In this document: positions 27,229 to 36,710 of the stretch, one piece after another
Numbering within the stretch: position 1 is the stretch's first letter
Layout: each line of letters begins with the position of its first letter
Virus record (IMG/VR): IMGVR_UViG_3300005096_000058
Span: 46,148 to 110,147 of that record
Origin: a virus
Reading direction: 5' to 3' (one strand)
DNA length: 64,000 nt
Position numbers and translations under genes: made by a program
Notes under the pieces: model-generated
What the model saw: only the letters and a program-made list of their open reading frames with translations
What the model was told of the DNA's origin: nothing
The model's database searches: none

Positions 27229-27845
27229 GAGGTGCTTTCTGCGAGGACGAACGTGCCTTTGGGGCCGAGCACTTTCTCGCCGGGGAAGCAGCTTTTGAGT
27301 GCTTCGTAGATGTCGCGTTTGATCTTCGGGGTGGATTTGACCGCCCACCCCTTCCAGATCGATTTCTTAGCTTTAGTCGGCTTGTCTAGAAAGGCCCATA
27401 GGGCTTTGCGATCTTTCCACGGCACGCAGTTTTTAAGCTGATAGTTAAACTTCGATGTGGCGGGACCAAAGGGCGTCTGGACAATGAGCACGGGGAAGAC
27501 CTCCTCCCCGTGAAACTTCATCTCTGTGGCTGTGATCACGATCGTCTTCTTGGTGAACCGTTTGCGCACAATGTCGGCGAACAAGGGGAAGCCCAGTGCA
27601 GACACTTGATCAGCGAGCTCCAATTTCTGCGCGTTCGCGGTGGAGTCGAGGGCGGCAATAGCCACAAGCTTGTTGGCCTCCGTTCGCTGCGCCTCAGAGG
27701 CACCAAGATCTGCCGGCAGATATTTGTCCCGGCAGACGGGCCCGATCCCCAGCTCCACCGACACCGCGTCTAAGAGCGTGCGCCCGCAGCAAATGCAGTT
27801 AGACGCGGCGAGCTTTGCTACTTTGGCTTGCTCGTACCCCATCAC
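27225..27845 (-). CDS. DUF6011-like Zn-finger protein
   Basis: CICCGRTLLDAVSVELGIGPVCR. Confidence 0.6.
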   Translation of the reverse strand: MMGYEQAKVAKLAASNCICCGRTLLDAVSVELGIGPVCRDKYLPADLGASEAQRTEANKLVAIAALDSTANAQKLELADQVSALGFPLFADIVRKRFTKKTIVITATEMKFHGEEVFPVLIVQTPFGPATSKFNYQLKNCVPWKDRKALWAFLDKPTKAKKSIWKGWAVKSTPKIKRDIYEALKSCFPGEKVLGPKGTFVLAESTS

Positions 27846-28120
27846 CCAACCTCACTGCCGAGGCGAAAAGGACCGTCGACCCAGCCGGTGCGACCATCCG
27901 ATAGTTGCACCTCGGTAGTGCTACCAGACTGCGAGAGTATCCTTGCGCGACAATCAAAAAGCCAAGAACCTGGGCCGTCAGTGTCGTTGGGCGCTGATTG
28001 GAGGAGGAGTTCCGACACATCCACCTGGCTGCCTGCGGGCAGGATAGGTAATTCAGGGCACCAGGCGTACCAAAGGTTCTCAACTTCTAATAGATCCAAG
28101 ATAGATGCGGTGTGGGCCAT
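27842..28120 (-). CDS. hypothetical protein
   Basis: AGGAG RBS downstream of a consensus promoter. Confidence 0.55.
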   Translation of the reverse strand: MAHTASILDLLEVENLWYAWCPELPILPAGSQVDVSELLLQSAPNDTDGPGSWLFDCRARILSQSGSTTEVQLSDGRTGWVDGPFRLGSEVG

Positions 28121-28147
28121 GCGGGGCTCCTTCGTGCTCATGAGTTC

Positions 28148-28186
28148 ATTATACACGCAGGCATATAGCTGTCAAGACATATGTCT
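28148..28186 (-). promoter_or_regulatory. sigma70 promoter with palindromic operator
   Basis: TTGACA-16-TATAAT; AGACATATGTCT palindrome overlapping the -35. Confidence 0.85.
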
Positions 28187-28198
28187 AAGTTTGTTAGA

Positions 28199-28387
28199 TC
28201 AGCCTTCAGTTAAAAAGTAGCGGGTGGGTGTGCCGGCCTCGATGGAGAGTTCTGGGATAAACCCACCATTACCCACCCAGTCAGTGAGATTTTGAAGGGC
28301 TTCAGTGAGCTCCTCACGGACGCCGTCTGGATGATCTACGTCCGTGAGGAGGTGGAAGATGAGGGCGAGCGTAGCGTTGGGGTCCAT
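28199..28387 (-). CDS. hypothetical protein
   Basis: MDPNATL...WVGNGGFIP small phage-type ORF. Confidence 0.6.
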   Translation of the reverse strand: MDPNATLALIFHLLTDVDHPDGVREELTEALQNLTDWVGNGGFIPELSIEAGTPTRYFLTEG

Positions 28388-28948
28388 TTATTTACTCCCT
28401 AGTTGTTGGCGACGTGCTCCTCGGGAGGGATCCCAGAACCAAACGTGCCGTTGTTTCGTCGAGACTAAAGCCCCATACGGCAGGTCGGATTCGCTCTTGC
28501 CGAATACCTCACTGCGGCTGCGGGCGGGCTCAAAGATCGCTGAGAAGTTGGAGACGAGGCCGCCATAGCAAATAGGGTGCGTGCGAGTGGCTAACACCGC
28601 TTCATAATCGTGGGCCATTTGCCTCCAAAAAGTATTGCGTAGGTCGCTGACCAGATCCTCGACCGGGCCGACACGTGCCCAGCAAAACGCAGACGCCCAC
28701 TGCAGCCAATCCGAAGTGTGATCAGCATAACGCTTGGTTAGTCTGAGTTTTCGGGCGCGAGCTAACTTCTCTTTGTGAGACTCTTCTCGATCTGTGTGTT
28801 CAACCAGCACTTCCTCCGGGCCATTAAAAAGACGGCGGCGCAGAGCTAAAAGCATGCTGCGGTACTCCTGGTTGAGGCTGTTTTCCCAGCGACAGTATTT
28901 GTGATCCAGAAGTTCGCCAGCCAAATAGTGGTGCTGTGGGTGCGTCAT
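28388..28948 (-). CDS. hypothetical protein
   Basis: 186 aa; coupled ORF. Confidence 0.55.
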   Translation of the reverse strand: MTHPQHHYLAGELLDHKYCRWENSLNQEYRSMLLALRRRLFNGPEEVLVEHTDREESHKEKLARARKLRLTKRYADHTSDWLQWASAFCWARVGPVEDLVSDLRNTFWRQMAHDYEAVLATRTHPICYGGLVSNFSAIFEPARSRSEVFGKSESDLPYGALVSTKQRHVWFWDPSRGARRQQLGSK

Positions 28949-29220
28949 TGGTCACACACGCGGTAGGCATCAATCAGCGCGTGGATGGGAGATTCGTCTG
29001 GACGGTTGGGTTTAAGGCCCAGCTGCTCTGTGATCTCTTCCTCGGCCAGACGCTTAACCTGCACCTCGTGCCTAAGCGCGTCGAGGTCACGCTCCATCTG
29101 GACAATCTGATTGACCAGGGCGTCGCCGTGTTCGTCCCAACGGGGGCCATCCCAGCGCACCTGCAAACAAAGCTTCCAGACTTTCTTTCGCTCTTTCACG
29201 GTCTGGTCGGAATAGGTCAT
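28945..29220 (-). CDS. hypothetical protein
   Basis: 91 aa; AGGGG RBS. Confidence 0.55.
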   Translation of the reverse strand: MTYSDQTVKERKKVWKLCLQVRWDGPRWDEHGDALVNQIVQMERDLDALRHEVQVKRLAEEEITEQLGLKPNRPDESPIHALIDAYRVCDQ

Positions 29221-29380
29221 GGTTCCCCCTTAATGTGCCCGCCGCTGCGTTCCAGCTCGGTGATCTCATGTGCGAGTTTGGGGTGTGTGGTGCGGAGTAG
29301 TTCACGGAGTGCTCTAAGCGAAAAGCCCTTCACGTCAGCCTCCGACCAGTCCAAAGCTTTAGCTATACGGGTATGCAGGC

Positions 29381-29962
29381 TCACGCTTTGCTCCGGGTGA
29401 GGCCAGCCAAGGTGTGGCGGGCGGTGGTGCCGGCGTAATGGGCGGCCACCGACTCAACCCCATCCTCGAATTCGTCGTAGTCGAAATCACCCTCGACAAG
29501 TGCCTTAAACAGCTCTGCGTTGAGAAGCTTGGCTAGCGCGTGCCGGGTAGCGAGACAAGCCTTGTAGACTTTTTCTGCAGAACGGCTGTCATCGTCGTAA
29601 CCAAGATCGCTGGCCCAGTCCTCGAACGGTTGGTCCGTTCCAGATGCGTCAGAAACGAGGCTGAAAAGCACGTCGTCGGCTGTTGGTGGTTCAAAGTGCG
29701 CGCTCCCTTGGGAGAAGGTCTGCGCCGCCATCAGCCTGCCTTGGAACACGAGCGTGCACGCCCAATGTGATCCCCCCTTGAACGTTTCGTGCCGTTCGGC
29801 CGGAAGGGCATCGCCTTCCAGACGGCGAACAACCAAGCAGACTTTCTCCTTATCCTCGCCATCACGGATGCCTGCGGGGAGCTCCTGATAGGCCGCAGCC
29901 ATGTTGGCCTTGTTCTGCTCGAAATCGTAGATGGTGCGGGGGTTGTGGGTGGTGTTGAACAT
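29381..29962 (-). CDS. phage hypothetical protein
   Basis: First gene after promoter; PTADDVLFSL..FEDWASDLGYDDDSR motif. Confidence 0.65.
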   Translation of the reverse strand: MFNTTHNPRTIYDFEQNKANMAAAYQELPAGIRDGEDKEKVCLVVRRLEGDALPAERHETFKGGSHWACTLVFQGRLMAAQTFSQGSAHFEPPTADDVLFSLVSDASGTDQPFEDWASDLGYDDDSRSAEKVYKACLATRHALAKLLNAELFKALVEGDFDYDEFEDGVESVAAHYAGTTARHTLAGLTRSKA

Positions 29963-29989
29963 TGGCGGCTCCGTTTGGTTGATAGAGAC

Positions 29990-30029
29990 AGCCTAACAAG
30001 CGGGCATATGGCTGTCAAGACATATGTCT
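29990..30029 (-). promoter_or_regulatory. sigma70 promoter with palindromic operator
   Basis: TTGACA-17-TAGGCT; AGACATATGTCT. Confidence 0.8.
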
Positions 30030-30044
30030 GTGTTTATTTTCAGA

Positions 30045-31091
30045 TCACCAAAATAAAGTTGCAGCACGTGGTTGTGGTCGGCGGGCTAGGAAGGCGGCCA
30101 CGAACGCTGACGCTTGCGGAGCCACGATGGCGTTTCCGTAGGCGCGCAGGCGTCCCACTCGATTGGTAACCCCATGAGCCAACGGGAATGTGCCGGGTTC
30201 AACTGGCCGGGCTTTTCCGTCTGAGCACCTGAGCCACTCGGCTCCAGCCCAAGCACCATTTGTTTCAGCGCTTGGTCGCCTTGTCGGTTCGGAGGGGGCT
30301 GTGCGCCCGTCCCGTCGTTGGCCCTCGGGGTGGGCCAACCCTGGACCGTCTGGACTTGGAGGCTGAGGCTGGTAAGGCTCACGCCCAACTTTGATCCCTT
30401 CTGAATCGCCCGCCGTTTGCGCTCCAGAAATTGCTCCGGGGTGCCTCCCGCTTCGCGGGCTGCCGGCGTGGCCCAGGTTGCCAAGGCCGCTGAGTGTAGG
30501 TCTTGTGGGCCGCCCTTGCGGGCTGTCTCGCGTGCCGCTCCTGCGGCCGATCGGACGTTCTTGGTGCCGGCCGGCGATCTCGTCGTGGGCCACCCAATAA
30601 AGTCGCTTTCGTTGGTGCGGGGCACCGAAACCACAAGCCGCGGTAACGCTCGCCCCGACGGCGTAGCCTCCACTTTCCAAGTCTGACGATACAAGGTCGA
30701 ACCAAGCCTCTCCTGCTTTTCCCGCAACCTGCTCGCCAAAGATCGTGTGAGGCGCGCACTGTTCGACGAGCCAATGCCAGGAGGGCCAAAGGTGCCGCTC
30801 GTCGTCAAACCCAGCTCCTTTGCCTGCCGCGCTGAAAGGCTGGCACGGGCAGCTGCCTGTCCAGATGGGCCGGTCATCGGGCCACCCGGCATTGCGCAGC
30901 GCTAAACTCCAGACGCCAACACCCGCAAAGAAATGACATTGTACATAGCCTTTCAGATCGCTCGGGACGACGTCCTCGATGCTGCGCTCGTCGACGTCAC
31001 CGTGGGCGATCTGGCCAGCGTCGATAAGGTTGCGCAACCACTGCGCGGCGTAGGGATCGATCTCATTGTAATAGGCTGAGCGCAAGATCAT
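30045..31091 (-). CDS. C5-cytosine DNA methyltransferase, alpha polypeptide
   Basis: FFAGVG (I), GSCPCQPFS (IV), GEQV (VI), QRKRLY (VIII), YGNAIV (X). Confidence 0.88.
   Translation of the reverse strand: MILRSAYYNEIDPYAAQWLRNLIDAGQIAHGDVDERSIEDVVPSDLKGYVQCHFFAGVGVWSLALRNAGWPDDRPIWTGSCPCQPFSAAGKGAGFDDERHLWPSWHWLVEQCAPHTIFGEQVAGKAGEAWFDLVSSDLESGGYAVGASVTAACGFGAPHQRKRLYWVAHDEIAGRHQERPIGRRSGTRDSPQGRPTRPTLSGLGNLGHAGSPRSGRHPGAISGAQTAGDSEGIKVGREPYQPQPPSPDGPGLAHPEGQRRDGRTAPSEPTRRPSAETNGAWAGAEWLRCSDGKARPVEPGTFPLAHGVTNRVGRLRAYGNAIVAPQASAFVAAFLARRPQPRAATLFW
30086..30892 (-). CDS. C5 methyltransferase beta polypeptide, alternative frame nested in alpha
   Basis: WPT/WATP/WPTP repeats and [15 protein letters not shown] (motif IX-like); true start uncertain. 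Confidence 0.65.
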   Translation of the reverse strand: MPGGPMTGPSGQAAARASLSARQAKELGLTTSGTFGPPGIGSSNSARLTRSLASRLREKQERLGSTLYRQTWKVEATPSGRALPRLVVSVPRTNESDFIGWPTTRSPAGTKNVRSAAGAARETARKGGPQDLHSAALATWATPAAREAGGTPEQFLERKRRAIQKGSKLGVSLTSLSLQVQTVQGWPTPRANDGTGAQPPPNRQGDQALKQMVLGLEPSGSGAQTEKPGQLNPAHSRWLMGLPIEWDACAPTETPSWLRKRQRSWPPS

Positions 31092-31465
31092 TCCCCCTCA
31101 AAAGCCTCTAGCATGTCGCCAAAGAAGGCATAGACCGGGGCGTCCATGTCCAGCTTGGCGCGGTCGTAGCCACCAAAGCGTTCGTCAATCTTCTTGAACA
31201 CGTCCATTCCTGGGGGCATCGGCGCGGATTTGGTCCCTGGTTTGTTCTCCAACAAGGTTTTGGGGCCATACCGGTAGTAAACGCCGCCCCGAGGCTGCGG
31301 GTGTGCCCAGCGGGCTATCAAGCCCAGCAGGAGCAGCGCGCGCAAATGTCCTGAGGTGGTTTTGGGTGTCAGGCCGGTCAAGGTTGCGATCTCGCTGCTG
31401 GTCGCGGGCTGGTCAAAGGCCAGCGTGATGTTCAGGGTGGTGCGTAGTCCAGGTGTAAGTTTCAT
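31088..31465 (-). CDS. winged HTH DNA-binding protein
   Basis: TSSEIATLTGLTPKTTSGHLRALLLLGLI. Confidence 0.7.
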   Translation of the reverse strand: MKLTPGLRTTLNITLAFDQPATSSEIATLTGLTPKTTSGHLRALLLLGLIARWAHPQPRGGVYYRYGPKTLLENKPGTKSAPMPPGMDVFKKIDERFGGYDRAKLDMDAPVYAFFGDMLEAFEGE

Positions 31466-32688
31466 TGCGATCCTTCCTCAACATCAGCGCCGAGCTCGTG
31501 TGTGGTTTTCTCAGAGGTGGGGGCGTCTTGAGGTCCGCGCCAAAAGGGGTTGCGATACTTCCAGACGCGATCGATGCGGCCCTTGCCAGAAGCAAAGCGT
31601 TGCCAATGTCCAGACACCAGCGTGCGCGTGGTCAGCTGTGCGCGGGGGAGCGCATCTTTCTCAGTGGCCGTGGTGGGCATCGATCGATCCACCTGGATCG
31701 TCTTGCCCAAGAGGATCCGGGGTTGGTGCACTTGTTGTTTGTGCTGGATCACAAGCTTTGCGCGCTTCTTGTTGCCCTTCTTGGGTAGCGTCTGGATGCG
31801 GGCCCAGAGGCGTGCAGCGGTTGCGTTGGCCTCGATGGCGTGCAGCTCAGCGACAGGTGACGTCGTGTAGAAGATCAAATTCATGATCCAGCGGAACACG
31901 TTGACCCAAACGTCCGCCTGCCGATCCATCGCCGCTTCATCTTGCGGGAGGTTGAGATCTATGCGCGCTTGGTGTGACTGGCTGCGCATGTTTTCCAGCA
32001 CAGAGGTCAGCGTGGCTGCAATCGGCTGGTCAGCGATCAACGGCACGAAGAAATGCGAAAGAGAATCGTCGAGCTCATCGGTCTTGCCTGCAGCTGTGAG
32101 AAGCAGGCGCAAGCCACGGAACCCCTTGTGCACATCGGTGGCGACGTAGCAGCCTGTGACGTCGTGCCAGCCGGTGTGCCGATCGAACGTCTGGAATCCC
32201 AAGCTCTTGGGGAGCGTCACGTAGATCGTGTGGTAGGGCATCTGGAGGTCTGATCCGGTGATCCCTCGCAGCTCTGTGAGGAGCAGGCGTTGTGTCAGCC
32301 CCTCGCTGGGCACGTAGGTCTGGCGGCCGGCTGCGCGGAAGCGGGCTGACTGCCAAGCGACCATCGCCTGCGTGACACACTCCCCTTCCAAGCCGTTGGG
32401 ATCGAGTCCTGCGGCGTGCGCGAGCGCGGTGGTGGCTTGGTAGATCTCCTCCCCAGACAACGTGTTCTCCGACCACACATCGAAGGGCAGCGAGTCGGCG
32501 GTGTCCAGACCGCGTTGAGCCCACACGCTTTGCAGCGCGATCAGAGCTAACGCCCGATGTGGTGCGGTCTCAATCAGCTTGAGGGAGACACGACTGAGGG
32601 GGGCGTCTCCCCACTTTGTCGCGAACGCTTTGGCGAAAGGCAGCTGCGAGTCGATCACGCGTTCGTAATGGTGTTGGTTCTGAGTCAT
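31462..32688 (-). CDS. hypothetical protein with C-terminal VSGHW..PFWRG motif
   Basis: 408 aa; first gene after promoter, apparently leaderless. Confidence 0.7.
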   Translation of the reverse strand: MTQNQHHYERVIDSQLPFAKAFATKWGDAPLSRVSLKLIETAPHRALALIALQSVWAQRGLDTADSLPFDVWSENTLSGEEIYQATTALAHAAGLDPNGLEGECVTQAMVAWQSARFRAAGRQTYVPSEGLTQRLLLTELRGITGSDLQMPYHTIYVTLPKSLGFQTFDRHTGWHDVTGCYVATDVHKGFRGLRLLLTAAGKTDELDDSLSHFFVPLIADQPIAATLTSVLENMRSQSHQARIDLNLPQDEAAMDRQADVWVNVFRWIMNLIFYTTSPVAELHAIEANATAARLWARIQTLPKKGNKKRAKLVIQHKQQVHQPRILLGKTIQVDRSMPTTATEKDALPRAQLTTRTLVSGHWQRFASGKGRIDRVWKYRNPFWRGPQDAPTSEKTTHELGADVEEGSQ

Positions 32689-32694
32689 GTTTGC

Positions 32695-32734
32695 ATGCTA
32701 ATCAGCGGGCGTATGGCTGTCAAGACATATGTCT
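32695..32734 (-). promoter_or_regulatory. sigma70 promoter with palindromic operator
   Basis: TTGACA-17-TAGCAT; AGACATATGTCT; ATG 6 nt after the -10. Confidence 0.8.
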
Positions 32735-32841
32735 GTGTTATTCTCAAAAAGAAAGCAAGACAACATCGCCTTGCTCCTTTCCGGGCCCCACACGACCCTG
32801 ACAACTCTCAGCTGCAGATCTTAATCCCCAACGGGGGAAGA

Positions 32842-33255
32842 TCAAGGCAGATATTCGACGGCGTGCCCGGTATTGATCAGCTCTTGGTTCAGGTTGATCC
32901 ACTCACCCATGAGGTTCGGATGCCAGATAGTGCACAGCCAGCGGCCGTATTTACCCGTCTTGTCCCGGTGGGTTTCAATGACGACTGCGGCACTGATCTG
33001 GACAAGATCCTCCAGCTCCTCCAGACCTTTGTAGAGCAGCCTGGCCTTCAACCAGTCACGGGCCGCGCGACCTTTGACCTTCTCCTCCTCATCTCCACGG
33101 AGTTCAGGCGTGTCGATCCCGAAAAGGCGCAACTTCTGCTTCGTCACCCAGGTACCTAAGCCGAGGTCGATGTCGGCCGTCACCGAATCCCCGTCGTAGA
33201 CCTTGGTGATGTTGGCGCGGTAGCGGTACAGCTGGTCGAGGATGTCCGTCGTCAT
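32842..33255 (-). CDS. thermonuclease (SNase-like)
   Basis: VYDGDS..DLG..LRLFGIDTPE..GKYGRWL..NQELINTGHA. Confidence 0.85.
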   Translation of the reverse strand: MTTDILDQLYRYRANITKVYDGDSVTADIDLGLGTWVTKQKLRLFGIDTPELRGDEEEKVKGRAARDWLKARLLYKGLEELEDLVQISAAVVIETHRDKTGKYGRWLCTIWHPNLMGEWINLNQELINTGHAVEYLP

Positions 33256-33869
33256 GAGAGGGGCACCTTCTTGGCGTTGTAAAGCTTGGTTGCGATAGCC
33301 TCTAGACCCAGAGGGACGCCCCAAAACCTTTGCGAGGCGTGCTTAAAGTCGTCACCGTCTGCTAGCTCCTGCATCTCGTGTGTGGCTTCGTGGTCGTATT
33401 CGATCTGCGTGAGGGTGAGTTCTGGACGCACGACCAGGTGGATCTCGTCCCCGTCGTGCCAGCCCGCAACATAGAGCGGTGTGCCTTCAGCGGTGGTACG
33501 CCCCCAAGGATCGCGGATGTGCTGGGCAGCGCGCCCATCTGATTCGGCCTCAACGCCAGGGTCGTAGGCGTACCAAACCACGCGGAGGTTGTTGCACTTC
33601 TGGATGGCGTCTTTGCGGTTGAGCCCCACCTCAACGGCGGCTTCAACCAAGCACTCGTTCATGAGAGCGATGTCCTCGACCGTGGCCTCAAATGGGGGCT
33701 TCCTTTCCAGACGCGTATCCCAGCCGGGCACCTTGACCGGGAAGCGCGCTTCATACGCGTTGCGCTGCAAGCGGGGAAAGAGCACGAGGGTGAATAGCGT
33801 AAAGGCTGCTGCGAAACCGACGATCGCCGTGGCCATCACGGCGAGGAGAATCAATTCAAATGTGCTCAT
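33252..33869 (-). CDS. membrane-anchored protein with HExxH zincin-like motif
   Basis: N-terminal hydrophobic helix; HEATHE. Confidence 0.5.
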   Translation of the reverse strand: MSTFELILLAVMATAIVGFAAAFTLFTLVLFPRLQRNAYEARFPVKVPGWDTRLERKPPFEATVEDIALMNECLVEAAVEVGLNRKDAIQKCNNLRVVWYAYDPGVEAESDGRAAQHIRDPWGRTTAEGTPLYVAGWHDGDEIHLVVRPELTLTQIEYDHEATHEMQELADGDDFKHASQRFWGVPLGLEAIATKLYNAKKVPLS

Positions 33870-34405
33870 TCCCTAGGCTCCTTGTCTGGATGATTCCACC
33901 ATTTTGGCAGCGTCATCCTCAGAGGTGAGATCGTACGGGGTAGCCACGGTTTGCTCCAGAGGCCAGCAAACACCCCCCGCATTGGCCACCACACATTCTG
34001 ATCGAAAGAGGCACCGACGAGGTGGCTATGGCCGAAGAGGCCGATGATGCAGCGGTGACCCACGACGGCGCAGCCAAACCAAGCGAGAGCGTTGACGAGC
34101 GCGAGCCCCCTGACCCCGTTCATCGTTGAGCACGCGCGCAACCAAAGGCGATCGACGTTGGACCAGCGCGGATCTTTCTGAGGTAGATGCTCTTCTCCCA
34201 CCGTCGCTGTGCCGGGATAACCGTGTCCCCAAAACTGTAGATCAACGTCGCTGCGGTCTGCGCAAGCGTCAAGGATGTCACCCCATGACCGGGCCTTCAC
34301 GACGACGTCAAACTTCCAGAAGAAAACCAGGGCGCCCAATCTCCAGAACGTCGCGACATTCCAAACGGGTGTGGGCGTGGCGTCATAGGCAAGGATCCGA
34401 GTCAT
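33866..34405 (-). CDS. DUF4347-like / caspase-fold-like protein
   Basis: LQFWGHG...LWLRACST His/Cys arrangement. Confidence 0.4.
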   Translation of the reverse strand: MTRILAYDATPTPVWNVATFWRLGALVFFWKFDVVVKARSWGDILDACADRSDVDLQFWGHGYPGTATVGEEHLPQKDPRWSNVDRLWLRACSTMNGVRGLALVNALAWFGCAVVGHRCIIGLFGHSHLVGASFDQNVWWPMRGVFAGLWSKPWLPRTISPLRMTLPKWWNHPDKEPRE

Positions 34406-34499
34406 CTGGACTTCCTTTGATGAAACGTTGCCGGCAGCTCAAACTCCTGCCAGCGGCCATCCAGCTGCCATGTTCAGCGAAAGTTCCTACCACGGTGCG

Positions 34500-34916
34500 C
34501 TACCGTGGGTGCTCGGAGTCGTCGCCTTCAGCCCTGCGCACTCCGCTTTCCTGAGCGTCCTCAGGCGCGCGATGCGTGGGGGTGATGTCTGCTTGTACCC
34601 CTAAGGCCCCGAGCATGGTTAGGAGTCTTTGAAGAGATCCACGCTTGCGGGGATCTCGGGGCTTTGCCCTGGCCTCTGTGAGGCGTCTGTGGGCCTCATC
34701 ACGGGCGGCCTGTTTTGCGCGCTGCTTGGCCAACCTCTTCCGCACCGAGGCGTTGGGTTTCGGGGCTTTGCGTTTCAAGGTGGTCTCCTGCGCAAAGTCA
34801 GCTTCAATCGCAGCCCAGTCAGACGCGATAGCCTCCGCATCGCTTTTGGTGGGCTGAGGCGCGGGTGGGCCAAACGCAAGCGCATGCGTGAGGCCATAGG
34901 CGAAACCCTGAGTCAT
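34500..34916 (-). CDS. hypothetical basic protein
   Basis: Coupled ORF. Confidence 0.5.
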   Translation of the reverse strand: MTQGFAYGLTHALAFGPPAPQPTKSDAEAIASDWAAIEADFAQETTLKRKAPKPNASVRKRLAKQRAKQAARDEAHRRLTEARAKPRDPRKRGSLQRLLTMLGALGVQADITPTHRAPEDAQESGVRRAEGDDSEHPR

Positions 34917-35155
34917 GCGGCGGTGGCGAGCTTTGCGCGAACGTGATCAGGCAGCTGCGTAATCGGTTGGCGAGCATCAAAGCCGGTTTGCGAGGCGATG
35001 TCGTGGAGCAGGAAGGCGAGGTTCCCCTCGTCGCGCTCCGCAATATCCTTGTGGGCCTTGCATGCCTCAGCCTCTTGCTGGGCGGAAGTGCAACGTGACT
35101 GCGCGTCGGCGAGCTCGTCTTCCAGACGGCGGATTTGGGCTTGGTGTTGGGTCAT
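34913..35155 (-). CDS. hypothetical coiled-coil protein
   Basis: GGAGG RBS. Confidence 0.55.
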   Translation of the reverse strand: MTQHQAQIRRLEDELADAQSRCTSAQQEAEACKAHKDIAERDEGNLAFLLHDIASQTGFDARQPITQLPDHVRAKLATAA

Positions 35156-35558
35156 GGGTTTCCTCCGTGGTTGGGTGTCCAGACGAGTATATCGGCTCGG
35201 TCAACATCCTGCGCGCTGTGCGAGACATATCAGCCAAATCAAACATCGCCGTTCTGACTGCGTGAGAGACGGGAGCCACTTCCAAGAACGCTTCCAGACG
35301 TTCAGCTTGTTCCACCACGTAGCCCAGCACGCTGTCCAGCTGCTTCAGGCGCACCTCGGGATCCTCAGGAAAATGCTGAGGGCCGTCCTCTATTTTTGAC
35401 TCGTAGCCCATGCAGATCGTGCAGTCCGCATCGAAACAAAACAGCGCGTGATTGAGAATTCGATAGAGGGATTTCTCCCTCTTGGTTAGCTGCGTTGGTG
35501 TCCTGCCTTTGACCACGTGTGCACGGTAGGCCGTTCCCAGACGGACGTCCAGACCAAC

Positions 35559-35882
35559 TTATTCAGGGGGCGGGGGCTCCCCATCTGCTCCTGGCCGGTC
35601 CAGAAAGTCAAACGTCTTATCGCTGAGCACCCCGTTCTCCCCTTCTGTGGGGATGTGGGGTTTCCCCGCAGAATGTGAGGGTGTTTCCTGCGGGGGTTCG
35701 TCGAACTCCTCCAGACGTTTTTCCAGATGGGTGCCTACGTCCTCGATCAAGAGGAGCGTGCGCTCGATCGCGTGCTTGGTCCCGCGCGCTCCGCGGACAA
35801 AGAGTTCAGCGCCCACCTTGCCTCCGAGGGTGAGGCCGTCGAACAGCTTGTCAATGAGCGGGTGGTCTTCAGGATCGGTCAT
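35559..35882 (-). CDS. hypothetical protein
   Basis: GGAGG RBS; ATGA coupling. Confidence 0.55.
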   Translation of the reverse strand: MTDPEDHPLIDKLFDGLTLGGKVGAELFVRGARGTKHAIERTLLLIEDVGTHLEKRLEEFDEPPQETPSHSAGKPHIPTEGENGVLSDKTFDFLDRPGADGEPPPPE

Positions 35883-36171
35883 AAGCCTCCCGGCTGGACG
35901 CGGGCCAGGTCTGCCTTGTGGGTCGCGTCTCGATTATGGGCAGCCACCAGGCCATCGAGTTCAAGGATGAGCGTCCCCACCTTCAGGCGAGCCACATGCT
36001 CCTCGGACCTGCTCTGCTCCAATTGGATCAGAGCCCTGTCAGCATCCCTCCGTGCCAGAGCGGCATGTTCTTCCAGACGACCTATGGTGGCCCAGAGAAT
36101 GCGGACCATGTCCTTGTCTTTCGTGCCTGCGGGAAAGACCCGATCGAGTCTGCAATCGTCTGATAATGCGG

Positions 36172-36411
36172 TCATGGTTTCACCCCTGGAGCGACATGAA
36201 AGTCGCATTCGCCAACGCAATCCTCGCCCCAATCGTCTGGATTTTCTGGACAACTTACGTGGTGGCCCGCCTCGCAGCCCAGGGCACAACCCTCATCACA
36301 CGGCGCGAGGTCTCCGATAAGGCAAGCGCATTGGCCGGGGTCGACCAAGCCGTCGTACCCGTCCGTGATCAAGCGCTGCCGGACAATATCTAAAACTATT
36401 AACGACGTCAC
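36172..36411 (-). CDS. small Cys-rich protein
   Basis: GYDGL..CAC..DLAPC..C motif. Confidence 0.55.
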   Translation of the reverse strand: MTSLIVLDIVRQRLITDGYDGLVDPGQCACLIGDLAPCDEGCALGCEAGHHVSCPENPDDWGEDCVGECDFHVAPGVKP

Positions 36412-36710
36412 GACCCCACCTCGGCATCGCCAATTCTCCCAGTGACAACGAGAATTATGTGCTCCTCTTGCCCGGGCGGGCCGCCCTTTGTTGTGAGGTA
36501 ACGCATGAGCAAGTCCTCCCTGGCTTTACTAACCTTTTCCAATTCCTCTTTGAATTCTGTACCTGGGTGGTTTGAGATATGCATACGCTTAATTCTACAC
36601 GCAACTTCAGCAGCCCTTTCAAGCTCGGCTTTATATTCCTCGACGGTGAAGATCTTGGCTTTGAGACAAAGCTTCAGCAGCGTTAGGTCGCCTACACTTT
36701 CGATATTCAT
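36408..36710 (-). CDS. hypothetical protein
   Basis: GGAG RBS; ATGA coupling. Confidence 0.55.
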   Translation of the reverse strand: MNIESVGDLTLLKLCLKAKIFTVEEYKAELERAAEVACRIKRMHISNHPGTEFKEELEKVSKAREDLLMRYLTTKGGPPGQEEHIILVVTGRIGDAEVGS

